Shown here piece after piece: positions 22,008-30,539 of a DNA stretch of 64,000 bases. Source of the stretch: Betaproteobacteria bacterium SG8_41 (GTDB lineage: Bacteria; Pseudomonadota; Gammaproteobacteria; Burkholderiales; SG8-41); NCBI GenBank assembly GCA_001303585.1, contig LJTT01000018.1, positions 12,810 through 76,809 on the forward strand, given 5' to 3'. The number at the start of each line of letters is the position of its first letter. Position 1 is the stretch's first letter. A model generated the notes under the pieces. It searched no databases. It saw nothing but the letters and a program-made list of their open reading frames with translations, and was not told the DNA's origin. The translations under genes were made by a program, and so were the position numbers.

Positions 22008-22033
22008 TGGCGTCTTGGCGTCTTGGCGGTTCG
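22008..22033. repeat. Octamer-based repeat tggcgtcttggcgtcttggcggttcg, with a second copy at 37021
   Basis: 24/26 identical to 37021-37046; a partial third copy, ctcttggcggttca, lies at 22058-22071. Confidence 0.85.
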
Positions 22034-22072
22034 TTTTAGGTTTTCGTATTTTTTGCCCTCTTGGCGGTTCAG

Positions 22073-22984
22073 ATGACGTTGCCGAAACGAGTAAAGCTGG
22101 TCGAAGTGGGGCCGCGCGACGGGCTGCAGAACGAGCCCGTGCCGGTGCCGACCGCGGTTAAGGTCGAGCTCATACACCGCCTGCAGGATGCGGGCCTCAC
22201 CTACATCGAGGCTACCGCTTTTGTCTCGCCCAAGTGGGTCCCGCAGATGGCGGACAATGCGCAGGTGATGGCGGGGATTAGCCGCAAACCCGGCGTCTGC
22301 TACCCAGTGCTGGTGCCCAATCGCAAGGGCCTCGAAGCAGCGCGCGCCGCCGGCTGCGAGGAAGTCGTGGTATTCGCCGCGGCAACGGAAGCGTTTTCAC
22401 AGAAAAACACCAACTGCTCCATTGCCGAGGGCCTCGCCCGCTTTACCGAGGTGGCGCGCGAGGCGCGCGCGCATGGCCTCCGGGTTCGCGGCGACATCTC
22501 GGTCGGCCTTGGCTGCCCTTACGAAGGCGAAGTCCGCCCCGAGGCCGTTGTCAGCATCGCGCGGGCGCTGGACGAAATGGGCTGCTACGAAATCACGATT
22601 GCCGACACGATTGGAGCTGGCACGGCCGGCAAGACGCGCGCCGTGTTCGAAGCGGTGATGAGGCATTTACCGGTAAAGCGTCTCGCCGGGCACTTCCACG
22701 ACACTTACGGACAGGCCATTGCCAACACCTATGCCGCGCTCGAGTGCGGGGTCGGCGTATTCGACTCCTCGGTGGCCGGTCTCGGCGGCTGCCCGTACGC
22801 CAAAGGCGCGACGGGAAACGTGGCAACGGAGGACGTGCTCTACCTTCTCGACGGGCTTGGCATCGAGACCGGCGTGGACATGGCCAAGCTCATCGCCGCC
22901 GGCGACTACATTTGTGGTGTGCTTGGCCGTCCGACTTCTTCCAGGGCCGCGCGGGCGTTCGCTGCAAAACGCCAGGCCGCCTGA
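22073..22984 (+). CDS. Hydroxymethylglutaryl-CoA lyase
   Basis: VKLVEVGPRDGLQNE and the C-terminal GGCPYA motif; ATG at 22073. Confidence 0.9.
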   Translation: MTLPKRVKLVEVGPRDGLQNEPVPVPTAVKVELIHRLQDAGLTYIEATAFVSPKWVPQMADNAQVMAGISRKPGVCYPVLVPNRKGLEAARAAGCEEVVVFAAATEAFSQKNTNCSIAEGLARFTEVAREARAHGLRVRGDISVGLGCPYEGEVRPEAVVSIARALDEMGCYEITIADTIGAGTAGKTRAVFEAVMRHLPVKRLAGHFHDTYGQAIANTYAALECGVGVFDSSVAGLGGCPYAKGATGNVATEDVLYLLDGLGIETGVDMAKLIAAGDYICGVLGRPTSSRAARAFAAKRQAA

Positions 22985-22998
22985 TATCGGAGTCGCCC

Positions 22999-23559
22999 AT
23001 GCCGTTGAGCCACCCCGCCGCGCGCAAGTTACGGCACACGCGAACCATCGAATGCAAGGGCTACGAGCGCGAGGACGGCTTGTGGGACATCGAAGCGAAT
23101 CTCGTCGACACCAAGACCTACGTTCACACCCGTCGCATGGGGGGGCGCGAGCGACAGCCCGGCGAGCCCGTGCACAACATGTGGATTCGGGTGACGATTG
23201 ATCTCGACATGAAGATCCACGAGGTCGAGGCGAAAACCGACGACGGTCCCTATCCCGTCTGCGGCGACATCGTGCGCAACTTCAAGGCGCTGGCGGGCGT
23301 CACGATCGGCCCCGGTTGGCGCAGGGCGATCGCCGAACGCGTTGGTGGCATCAAGGGCTGCACCCATTTGGTCGAGTTGCTCGGACCGTTGGGCACCACC
23401 GCATTCCAGGCCACGGGTCGCGCGCGCGAGGCCCGCAACGCCGGCAAGCCGGTCACGAAAAAGCCCTACCAGCTCAACTCCTGTCACGTCTACAAGGACG
23501 ACGCACCCGCCGTCCTCGAGCGCTGGCCGCAGTTCTACACCGGACCCCGGCCGCGCTGA
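22999..23559 (+). CDS. DUF2889 domain protein
   Basis: 186 aa from MPLSHPAARKL with the GIKGCTHLVELLGP motif typical of DUF2889. Confidence 0.7.
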   Translation: MPLSHPAARKLRHTRTIECKGYEREDGLWDIEANLVDTKTYVHTRRMGGRERQPGEPVHNMWIRVTIDLDMKIHEVEAKTDDGPYPVCGDIVRNFKALAGVTIGPGWRRAIAERVGGIKGCTHLVELLGPLGTTAFQATGRAREARNAGKPVTKKPYQLNSCHVYKDDAPAVLERWPQFYTGPRPR

Positions 23560-23741
23560 TTCGGCGCACCGTACTTGAGCAAGGGGGGCCCGACAGCCCC
23601 CGCGTTTCGTCGCATCCATTCCGGTGTCATAATGTGCGCCATCGTTACGCACCGGCCCCATATCGAGCAGTCCTTGTCCTCCCGCGCCGGCATCCGCCGC
23701 GCGCCGTCGGGCGGTGTTTTTCTCCACGGTAACCTTGCCCT

Positions 23742-24821
23742 GTGACGGCTACCCGCGTCGACGAGCACCGCAAAGCAGCCACGCGCGCCGGTCTGCGCTA
23801 TGTCACGGACGGGGCACCGGGAATTCGCCGCCGGCGCTTCGGCACGGGCTGGGCGTTCTATACGCCGGGGGGGGCCCGCATCACTGACCGCGCCGTGCGT
23901 AACCGCATCCAATCGCTCGCCATCCCCCCGGCGTGGACCGATGTCTGGATCTGCCCGGAACCCGACGGCCACATCCAGGCAACAGCACGCGATGCCCGCG
24001 GGCGCAAGCAGTATCGATACCATCCCGCCTACCGCGCAGCGCGGGACCAGTCGAAGTTCCGCCGCGTGCTCGAATTCAGCGAAATCCTGCCCGCGGTCCG
24101 CGAGCAGGTCGAGCGCGACCTGCGCGCGCCCGATCTCACCCGTCGGCAGATCCTCGCCACCGTCGTGCGCCTGCTCGACAAAACGCTGATCCGCGTGGGC
24201 AATGACGAGTACGCGCGCGAGAACCGTTCCTACGGCCTCACCACCCTGAGGGGGCGCCATGTCGAGGTCCGGGGAACGAAGTTGCGCTTCAGCTTCCGCG
24301 GCAAGAGCGGGGTCAACCACAGCGTCGCCATCAGCGATCGCCGGCTTGCCCGCATCGTGCAGCGCTGCCAGGACCTGCCGGGCCAGGAGCTGTTTCAATA
24401 CATCGACGCCAACGATAAACGCCAGACCATTTCATCCGATGACGTCAATGCTTACCTGCGCGAGGTCACCGGCCGCGACATCACGGCCAAGGATTTCCGG
24501 ACGTGGGCCGGCACCATGCTTGCCGCACGGGAGCTGCGCGAGATCGGTCCTGCGCCAAGCCAGCGCCAGGCCCAACGCAACATCCTGCAGGCGGTGGATA
24601 TCGTCGCGGAGCGCCTCGGAAACACGCGCGCCGTCTGCCGCAAGTACTACATTCATCCCGCGCTGCAGGAAGCTTATCTCCAGGGCATTACCGCCCGGCT
24701 TCCCGAGCCGACTCGCCGTATGCGAAGGCGGCGCGCGCCTGCCGCCTTGCGCCGCGATGAGGTCGCAGTACTGCAAATTCTCGCAGAACAGGAAAAGAAA
24801 AGGGCAAGGCTGCCGTCCTGA
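23742..24821 (+). CDS. Bacterial type IB DNA topoisomerase (poxvirus-like)
   Basis: 359 aa; IPPAWTDVWI, RGRKQYRYHP, and a catalytic-Tyr region CRKYYIHP; GTG start. Confidence 0.85.
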   Translation: MTATRVDEHRKAATRAGLRYVTDGAPGIRRRRFGTGWAFYTPGGARITDRAVRNRIQSLAIPPAWTDVWICPEPDGHIQATARDARGRKQYRYHPAYRAARDQSKFRRVLEFSEILPAVREQVERDLRAPDLTRRQILATVVRLLDKTLIRVGNDEYARENRSYGLTTLRGRHVEVRGTKLRFSFRGKSGVNHSVAISDRRLARIVQRCQDLPGQELFQYIDANDKRQTISSDDVNAYLREVTGRDITAKDFRTWAGTMLAARELREIGPAPSQRQAQRNILQAVDIVAERLGNTRAVCRKYYIHPALQEAYLQGITARLPEPTRRMRRRRAPAALRRDEVAVLQILAEQEKKRARLPS

Positions 24822-24848
24822 AGGCAGCAAATTCATGCGGAGGTGACG

Positions 24849-25241
24849 ATGAAGCTCGAGTTGGTCTACCTGGTGCTGGTGACGACGCTGACTGCAGTGA
24901 TGTGGATACCGTACGTTCTCAACATGATCCTGGTGCGCGGAATTGCTGACGCGGTGGGCTATCCGGACAACCCCAAACCGCTTGCGCCCTGGGCGGCAAG
25001 GATGAAAGCGGCTCATGCAAACGCCGTCGAAAACCTCGTTCTATTCGCGGCGCTGATTCTGTCCGCCCATGCCCTGGACGTCGGCAACAGCGCGACGGCC
25101 ACAGCTTGCATGGTCTACTTCTGGGCTCGTTTCGTGCATTGGCTTGCCTACTCGCTTGCGGTGCCCTGGGTGCGCACAATCGCGTTCGTCACCGGCTTCG
25201 GCTGCCAGATCACGCTCGCCTGGCAGATTCTGGCGAGGTAG
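24849..25241 (+). CDS. MAPEG family membrane protein
   Basis: About 130 aa with 3-4 TM helices and a MAPEG-like pattern; GGAGG lies 5 nt upstream of the ATG at 24849. Confidence 0.8.
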   Translation: MKLELVYLVLVTTLTAVMWIPYVLNMILVRGIADAVGYPDNPKPLAPWAARMKAAHANAVENLVLFAALILSAHALDVGNSATATACMVYFWARFVHWLAYSLAVPWVRTIAFVTGFGCQITLAWQILAR

Positions 25242-25264
25242 GCGAAGCATCGCGGGCGAGCGCA

Positions 25265-25612
25265 CTACGCGATCGTCCACTCATTGCCGCACTTCCGGCA
25301 CCGCACTCGCGTCGGCGAAATCGCCAGATCGTCATTACCCTGGCCAGATGGTGCGCCGGATCCGGTGGCTTCGAGCAGTCCGTACGTCTTGCACGTCCCG
25401 CACACCGACCGGTCGGCAGCGTGCTGCGCCACGACCAGCATACGGATGTAGCGCAGGAACGACCACCCGCCGACCGCGCCGCCCGCCAGTATCACGGCGA
25501 GCCCTCCAAAGAGCTCGATTGAGACTTCGCGTGGACGGAAACCTTCCAGAGCCGCGAGGACGGCAACAAGACACAGCAGCGCGCTCGCAAGATAGAGATG
25601 GCTTTGAAGCAA
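25265..25612 (-). CDS. Hypothetical small membrane protein with a C-terminal zinc-ribbon (CGTC...CRKC)
   Basis: Two hydrophobic helices followed by CxxC-N31-CxxC. TTG start with no clear SD. Confidence 0.45.
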   Translation of the reverse strand: MLQSHLYLASALLCLVAVLAALEGFRPREVSIELFGGLAVILAGGAVGGWSFLRYIRMLVVAQHAADRSVCGTCKTYGLLEATGSGAPSGQGNDDLAISPTRVRCRKCGNEWTIA

Positions 25613-25645
25613 CTGGCGCTCGTGCCAGCGGCGGAAGCCGATCGA

Positions 25646-25753
25646 GTGACTAAGTGACCAAGCGGCTGGATCGCCCCGTTATAACAAATAAACCCTAGCG
25701 AACGAATTCACGCATAGTCGCTTAGTCGCTTAGTCACCTAGTTACCTGGTCAC
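25646..25753. repeat. Inverted octamer arrays: gtgactaa gtgaccaa (25646-25661) versus atagtcgc ttagtcgc ttagtcac ctagttac ctggtcac (25714-25753)
   Basis: Read directly. The arms are about 16/18 complementary with a loop of about 56 nt. Confidence 0.8.
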
Positions 25754-25767
25754 CTGCATTCTCCCCA

Positions 25768-26997
25768 TCACTCCTGGCGCAGTCTACGCCTGCGGTAGAG
25801 CCAGCGCGCAACCGGGGAAAGGGCGCCAAATATGCCGATGCTTGCGAACGCCAGGCCCCAGCCGATGAGGTTCCGGTTGCCGCCGGCAAGATCCAGCACG
25901 ACGCCGAAGACGAGGGGGGCGAAAAAAGCGGAGCTAAAGCCAACAAAGGAGTAGACGGCCATGGTGGCGCCACGCTGGTCGGGATGAGCGGAGGCAATCG
26001 CCCCGGCGGTGAGCGCTGCCGAGTCGCCCAGCATCAGGCCATAGTGCACCCCCATCAGCACGAACACGAAGATCCACGGCAGCGCCGCCGTGTAGCCCAA
26101 CACGCACGCCAGCAGCCCCGAAGCGCCCATGAAGCTGAAGATCACTCGCGTGCGGCCGAAACGCAGCGCGAGCTCATTGCCGCTGATGCTCATGACCGGT
26201 CCGAGCATGTTGATCATCGCCGCAAGCGTTGCCGCGCTCAACAGCATCGGCGCATCCGCGGGTTGCAGGGAGGCCGTGAACACAAGGAACGCAACCATCC
26301 AGCTGCGCTGGCCAAAGAGTTCGTAGTTGTGCGCGGAATAGCCGGCAACGTAGACGAGGGTTGTCCGGTTCCTCAGCACCGGCCGGAAGTCGAGCAGCGC
26401 CTGCCGGGGGTGATCGGCGGAGCGCGTGCGCCCGCGTGGCATGAAAACGTTCACGAGCAACCCCGCCATGACCGGGCCCGCCGCGCCGAACGCGAACGCC
26501 GAGTGCCAGCCGAAAGCACCCCCGATCAACCCGCACAGGTAGATCGATGCGCTCGAGCCGATGCCGAAGGTCGCTGTGTAGAACGCGACGCCGCGTGACT
26601 GCACCGCGCCGTCGAGCTGGTCGGTGAGCATCTTCAGTCCGGGCATGTAGCTGCCCCCGAGCCCGGCACCGATCAGGAACTGGAAGAACAACGCCGGGAT
26701 CAGCCCATCTGCCAGGAACGCGAACCCCGCGGCGCCGAAAAAGGACAGCAGGCACGCAAACAGGTAGATGCGCCGCGCATCTACATGGTCCGTGAGGCTG
26801 GTTAGGACCGGCGTGACCACGACGTAGCCGGCGAAAAAGATGCCGCTGATGAGCCCTGCTTCCGAATTGGAAAGCGCCCACTGGCGCTGCAACACCGGCA
26901 GCAGCGTCGTGTAGGCCGCGAAGCCCGCCATGCTCAGCACCTCGGCCGCACACATCAGGACGATGAGGCGGACTGCGGGTCGCGATGTGTCGCTCAT
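25768..26997 (-). CDS. MFS transporter
   Basis: About 410 aa with 12 predicted TM helices. Start at MSDTSRPAVRL avoids overlap with the upstream esterase gene. Confidence 0.85.
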   Translation of the reverse strand: MSDTSRPAVRLIVLMCAAEVLSMAGFAAYTTLLPVLQRQWALSNSEAGLISGIFFAGYVVVTPVLTSLTDHVDARRIYLFACLLSFFGAAGFAFLADGLIPALFFQFLIGAGLGGSYMPGLKMLTDQLDGAVQSRGVAFYTATFGIGSSASIYLCGLIGGAFGWHSAFAFGAAGPVMAGLLVNVFMPRGRTRSADHPRQALLDFRPVLRNRTTLVYVAGYSAHNYELFGQRSWMVAFLVFTASLQPADAPMLLSAATLAAMINMLGPVMSISGNELALRFGRTRVIFSFMGASGLLACVLGYTAALPWIFVFVLMGVHYGLMLGDSAALTAGAIASAHPDQRGATMAVYSFVGFSSAFFAPLVFGVVLDLAGGNRNLIGWGLAFASIGIFGALSPVARWLYRRRRLRQE

Positions 26998-27133
26998 CAG
27001 GACGAGAGCGACTAAAGCCGCAAATGAACACCAGCCCCTGGGCGAGGCCGGCATGCGCAAAGACTCGCGGATCTCTTTACGGACTGCCCCGTTGCCGAGG
27101 CACCGCTCCCGTATCGCGGTTCGGGGTCCGCGG

Positions 27134-27757
27134 TCAAAGCGCCCCCGCTTCGCGCAGCAGCTGCGCGAGCGCCTCGGCCATCTTGCGGTAACCCCTCGCA
27201 TTGGGATGGATCGGATCGGCCTTCATATCGGCCGCACGGAGTACGCTGGTAACGATCTCGGACTCGTAGGGAACACCGAATTCGCGCGCCAGCTCGGCAT
27301 AGAACCCGGGCGCGCTCATCACGAGCGACGGTTTCGGCACGCCGACCAGCACCGCGGCAATTCCGCTCTGGCTCAACATCTTCAGCATGTCGCGCAGGTT
27401 CCGTTTGATCTCCCTCTCGCCGATCTTGCGCAACATATCGTTGCCGCCCAGGCATACGATTACGAGCCGCGGCCGGTGCTCATCGATGACTGAAGGCAGC
27501 CGGCGCAACCCCTGTGCCGTCATCTCCCCCGGTACTCCCGCGCGAACGACGGGTCGACCGATCAGCTGGGCAAGCACGGCCGGGTAGCTCTCGCGCTCCT
27601 CGGCGCCGGTGCCATAGGTCAGGCTGTCGCCGAACGCCACGATGACGTCGTTTGATCCCAGCGGCGGTAGTTGCGGAACACGGTCACCGCAGCCGGCGGG
27701 CAGCGTCAACGACAGTGCAAGCAGCAGGACGCGCAGACCGCGGGCGCCCCAGTTCAT
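27134..27757 (-). CDS. SGNH/GDSL esterase (TesA/arylesterase-like), lipoprotein signal
   Basis: FGDSLTYG block, GGNDML block, and lipobox LPAGC. Confidence 0.85.
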   Translation of the reverse strand: MNWGARGLRVLLLALSLTLPAGCGDRVPQLPPLGSNDVIVAFGDSLTYGTGAEERESYPAVLAQLIGRPVVRAGVPGEMTAQGLRRLPSVIDEHRPRLVIVCLGGNDMLRKIGEREIKRNLRDMLKMLSQSGIAAVLVGVPKPSLVMSAPGFYAELAREFGVPYESEIVTSVLRAADMKADPIHPNARGYRKMAEALAQLLREAGAL

Positions 27758-27760
27758 CCC

Positions 27761-29392
27761 TCACGCCTTTCCGCGGCGTTTGCCATTCACCCTGCCCCAA
27801 CGGAAATCGCGAATGATTTCCCGCGCAGCATTGTGTCCCGGGATGCCGCTCACGCCTCCCCCGGGGTGAGCGCCCGCGCCGCACATATAAAGCGCACGCA
27901 CCGGCGCGCGGTAGTTGGCGTGGCCCAGCACCGGGCGCGCGCTCCAGAGCTGGTCGAGCGTCAGTGCGCCGTGGAAAATATCTCCGCCAACAAGACCAAA
28001 GTCGCGCTCCAGATCGCGCGGCGAAAGGATCTTGCGCCCGATCACCGCGCCCTTGAAGTTGGGGGCGTACTTGGTCACGGTATCGATGACGAAGTCCGCA
28101 GCCTCCTCCCGCACCTGATCCCACTGCAGGTTGCCCGGCAGGTCACGAGAAAAATGCTGGCAGAAAAGGCTTGCGACATGCCGGCCGGGCGGCGCAAGCG
28201 TCTCATCCAGCGTGGAAGGAACGAGCATCTCCACGATCGGCGCTCGGGAACAGCCGTAAGTGCGCGCGTCGAAGTAGGCCTGCTCCATGTACGCGAGTGA
28301 GGGCGCGATGATGATGCCGGCCTGATGATGCTCATGCACCCCGGCGCCCGGCAAACAGGTGAATTCGGGCAGCTCGGCGAGCGCCACGTTCATGCGGAAT
28401 GTCGCAGACGCGCATTTATACGCGCGGATCCGTTCCTGAAAGTCGGCGTCCAGTACGGCTGGATCCAGCAGCTTCTGGAAAAGAAGCTTCGGATTCACGT
28501 TGGCCACCACGCAGCGCGCTTCCATGACGCGGCCATCGGGAAGCTGCACGCCCTGCGCGCCACGCTCGTCGACGACGATTCTCGCGACCTCGCTTTCCGT
28601 CGTGATCTCCACCCCGCGTCTTTCCGCTTCCCCGGCCATCGCCTGCGTAATGGCCCCCATCCCGCCCACGGCGTGACCCCAGGCTCCACGCTTGCCGTTG
28701 ACTTCACCGACGACATGATGCAGCAGCACGTAGCCCGTTCCCGGCGCATAAGGGGTTGCGTAGTTGCCGACGATCGCGTCGAAGCCGAAGGCTGCCTTGA
28801 TGGCGGGCGTCTCGAACCAGCCGTCGAGCAAATCTCCCGCGCTCTTCGTCAGAAAGTCCAGGAGATCCCGCCGGGTGCGCATGTCGAGGTGGCGCAGGCA
28901 GTTGCCCGCGCGCAACGCGGCAAACAGGTCGCGCGCGCCGCCCCCAACATTGGGCGGCGTCTGGAGCATCAGCTCGCGCAGCGCGCCGCCGCTGCGTTCG
29001 AGCAGCTCGTAATACGCCGGAAGCCGTTCGGCGTCTCGCACCGAGAAGCGCCGGAACTCAGCCTGCGTCGCGGCAAGCGATGCGCCGACCTTCAGGTGTT
29101 CGCGTTCGGACAACGGCAGGAAGTTGGCGATGGGCCGCTCGACGATTCTGAGGCCGTGTTCGGCAAGCCGCAGCTCTCGCAGCACCTTGGGGTGGAGCAA
29201 GCTTACGGTGTAGGCCGCCGCCGAATTTCGAAATCCAGGGAAGAACTCCTCGGTGATCGCCGCCCCGCCGATGACGGCCCGGCGCTCCAGCACCCTGACC
29301 TTGAGACCTGCGCCGGCAAGATAGCAGGCGCACGTGAGGCCATTGTGACCGCCGCCAACGATGATTGCGTCGTACGGTTTGCTGTTTGGCAT
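27761..29392 (-). CDS. Phytoene-desaturase-family NAD(P)/FAD-dependent oxidoreductase
   Basis: YDAIIVGGGHNGL dinucleotide fold with CrtI-like length; ATG at 29392. Confidence 0.85.
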   Translation of the reverse strand: MPNSKPYDAIIVGGGHNGLTCACYLAGAGLKVRVLERRAVIGGAAITEEFFPGFRNSAAAYTVSLLHPKVLRELRLAEHGLRIVERPIANFLPLSEREHLKVGASLAATQAEFRRFSVRDAERLPAYYELLERSGGALRELMLQTPPNVGGGARDLFAALRAGNCLRHLDMRTRRDLLDFLTKSAGDLLDGWFETPAIKAAFGFDAIVGNYATPYAPGTGYVLLHHVVGEVNGKRGAWGHAVGGMGAITQAMAGEAERRGVEITTESEVARIVVDERGAQGVQLPDGRVMEARCVVANVNPKLLFQKLLDPAVLDADFQERIRAYKCASATFRMNVALAELPEFTCLPGAGVHEHHQAGIIIAPSLAYMEQAYFDARTYGCSRAPIVEMLVPSTLDETLAPPGRHVASLFCQHFSRDLPGNLQWDQVREEAADFVIDTVTKYAPNFKGAVIGRKILSPRDLERDFGLVGGDIFHGALTLDQLWSARPVLGHANYRAPVRALYMCGAGAHPGGGVSGIPGHNAAREIIRDFRWGRVNGKRRGKA

Positions 29393-29401
29393 GCGCAATA
29401 A

Positions 29402-29477
29402 TGGCGCGCCCGGCGGGATTCGAACCCACGACCTTTGGCTTCGGAGGCCAACACTCTATCCACTGAGCTACGGGCGC
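29402..29477 (-). tRNA. tRNA-Arg (anticodon CCG)
   Basis: GCGCCCGTAGCTCAGTGGATAGAGTGTTGGCCTCCGAAGCCAAAGGTCGTGGGTTCGAATCCCGCCGGGCGCGCCA folds as a cloverleaf; the CCA end is encoded. Confidence 0.9.
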
Positions 29478-29593
29478 GTACGGGGCGGATTCTAACACAG
29501 CGTTCATGCGCTAACGCCCCGAAATTCAAGGTTTTATCGGGTGGAGCCTTCCGTTATAATGGGCGCCTTTCGTGCCCACCCCAGAGACTTTCC

Positions 29594-30415
29594 ATGTCCG
29601 AGATCCACGTCGAAGAACACTCCTCCCCGATCAAGACGCCCCGGCAGCTGATCGTCGTCATGGTGCTCGCGTTTGCCCTACCCGTGCTACTGATCTCGCT
29701 GCTCGCGTCGCTCATATCGGGCGGCGGCGACTACAGCAAGGACAGCCCCAGAATGTCGGACGAGGCGATCGCCAAACGCCTTCAGCCGGTGGGCACCGTC
29801 GTGGTATCCGCGCCCGGCGCATCCGGCGCCGAGAAAGGCGGCAAGGAAGTCTACGAGACCGTGTGCGCCGCCTGTCACGCGACCGGCGTGCTCAATGCGC
29901 CGAAGTTCGGCGACAAGGCCGCTTGGGCAAAGCTGATAGCCGAAGGTCAGGAAAAGCTCACGGCAGACGCCATGAAAGGCGTGCGCCAGATGCCTCCCCG
30001 CGGAGGCAATCCTGATCTGAGCGACACCGAGTTTGCGCGCGCTGTCGCCTTCATGGCCAACGCCGCCGGGGCCGACTGGACGGTGCCGGAATCCAAGGCC
30101 GCATCGACCACGCCGCCACCCGCTGCAGCTGCAGCGCCCGCGCCAGCTCCAGCCGCAACGACGCAGACCGACTCGGCCAACGGCAAAGCGGTCTATGACA
30201 AGGCTTGTATGGTGTGCCACGCCGCCGGGGTTGCTGGCGCGCCCAAGGCTGGCGACAAGGCCGCGTGGGCCCCGCGACTCAAGGCCGGAATGGACACGCT
30301 CTATGCTTCCGCGATCAAAGGCAAGGGTGCCATGCCGCCCAAGGGAGGCAACACCGCATTGCCCGACGGCGATGTGAAAGCAGCCGTGGATTACATGGTG
30401 GACCTCGTCAAATAA
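29594..30415 (+). CDS. Membrane-anchored dihaem c-type cytochrome (cytochrome c5-like domains)
   Basis: Two CxxCH motifs (CAACH, CMVCH), each followed by a GxMPP(R/K)GG segment; one N-terminal TM helix and a PA-rich linker. Confidence 0.85.
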   Translation: MSEIHVEEHSSPIKTPRQLIVVMVLAFALPVLLISLLASLISGGGDYSKDSPRMSDEAIAKRLQPVGTVVVSAPGASGAEKGGKEVYETVCAACHATGVLNAPKFGDKAAWAKLIAEGQEKLTADAMKGVRQMPPRGGNPDLSDTEFARAVAFMANAAGADWTVPESKAASTTPPPAAAAAPAPAPAATTQTDSANGKAVYDKACMVCHAAGVAGAPKAGDKAAWAPRLKAGMDTLYASAIKGKGAMPPKGGNTALPDGDVKAAVDYMVDLVK

Positions 30416-30416
30416 T

Positions 30417-30529
30417 CCGTGAACCGTAAGTCGTGATTGGTGAACGCAAAGGCGCAGCCGAAGCTGCGCCTTTTTTGCTTGCAGCCAAGCTGCCCAGCGC
30501 GGGTCACCGGTCACCGGTCACCGATCACG
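30417..30529. repeat. Paired heptamer arrays in the cytochrome>apaH spacer: ccgtgaa ccgtaag tcgtgat tggtgaa (30417-30444) and ggtcacc x3 plus gatcacg (30502-30529)
   Basis: Read directly. The arrays flank the intrinsic terminator. Confidence 0.9.
30451..30476 (+). terminator. Rho-independent terminator after the cytochrome c gene
   Basis: ggcgcagc-cgaa-gctgcgcc stem-loop followed by TTTTTT. Confidence 0.85.
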
Positions 30530-30539
30530 CCCTCGAGTA

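Noticed and set aside
24809-24828. Hairpin gctgcc-N8-ggcagc overlapping the TopIB stop codon, considered as a terminator
   Set aside because: The stem is only 6 bp and no U-tract follows.
29402-29593. The tRNA-Arg as a possible integration hotspot or genomic-island border
   Set aside because: No integrase, no direct repeat of the tRNA 3' end, and no obvious compositional change on either side.
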